DNA from: a virus
Lineage: Duplodnaviria > Caudoviricetes
Virus record (IMG/VR): IMGVR_UViG_3300017766_001190
Span: 1-44,353 of that record
Direction: 5' to 3' (one strand)
DNA length: 44,353 bases
The notes beneath the pieces were generated by a model. The model was given only the letters and a program-made list of their open reading frames with translations. It had not been told where the DNA came from and did no database searches. Below, piece after piece: positions 44,317-44,353 of this stretch. The position numbers were made by a program, and so were the translations under genes. Numbering within the stretch: the stretch's first letter is position 1; every line of letters starts with the position of its first letter.

Positions 44317-44353
44317 ACCCTTGAGCTACTGGAACCTTCTTCCATACTCTATA

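Noticed and set aside
1-44353. Genome-wide stop-codon reassignment (code 4, 15 or 25)
   Set aside because: Genes over 1000 aa are intact in the standard code. TGA and TAG end genes at sensible positions, including ATGA overlaps, so any UGA read-through at 15406 would be site-specific.
1-44353. tRNA, rRNA, introns, inteins, homing endonucleases, DGR or integrase
   Set aside because: None recognised. Intergenic gaps are too short, and the helicase, primase and capsid genes show no splicing-element-sized insertions.

Overview
AT-rich (roughly one third GC by eye) segment of a large T4-like (myovirus-type) bacteriophage genome, read in the standard genetic code. Most genes are on the minus strand and form the virion morphogenesis region. 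In transcription order (right to left) they are: gp26-like hub chaperone, tape-measure-like protein, tube-initiator/LysM/hub/spike genes, gp25/gp6/gp7-like baseplate wedge, three paralogous tail-collar-type proteins (one fused to an alpha/beta-hydrolase), large fibre/spike proteins, a PAAR tip, then the head module (acidic core protein, several basic proteins, gp21 prohead protease, gp22 scaffold, gp23 major capsid) and the gp13/gp14 neck. A DnaG/gp61-type primase, a Cas4/AddB-like nuclease and a UvsW-like helicase are interspersed at the right end. Portal, terminase, sheath and tube genes are not in the window. The main signals not shown in the ORF track are: (1) a -1 frameshift site joining the gp26-like gene to a startless gp51-like ORF; (2) a 19-codon micro-ORF with an in-frame UGA in a GG-(UGA)-C-G context followed by a SECIS-like hairpin that covers the next gene's RBS; (3) a family of basic, modular head proteins punctuated by (I/L)-X-E prohead-protease sites; (4) a tail-associated serine esterase; (5) near-complete CCWGG avoidance; and (6) two hidden overlapping small ORFs. 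All family assignments come from motif recognition by eye, not from database searches.
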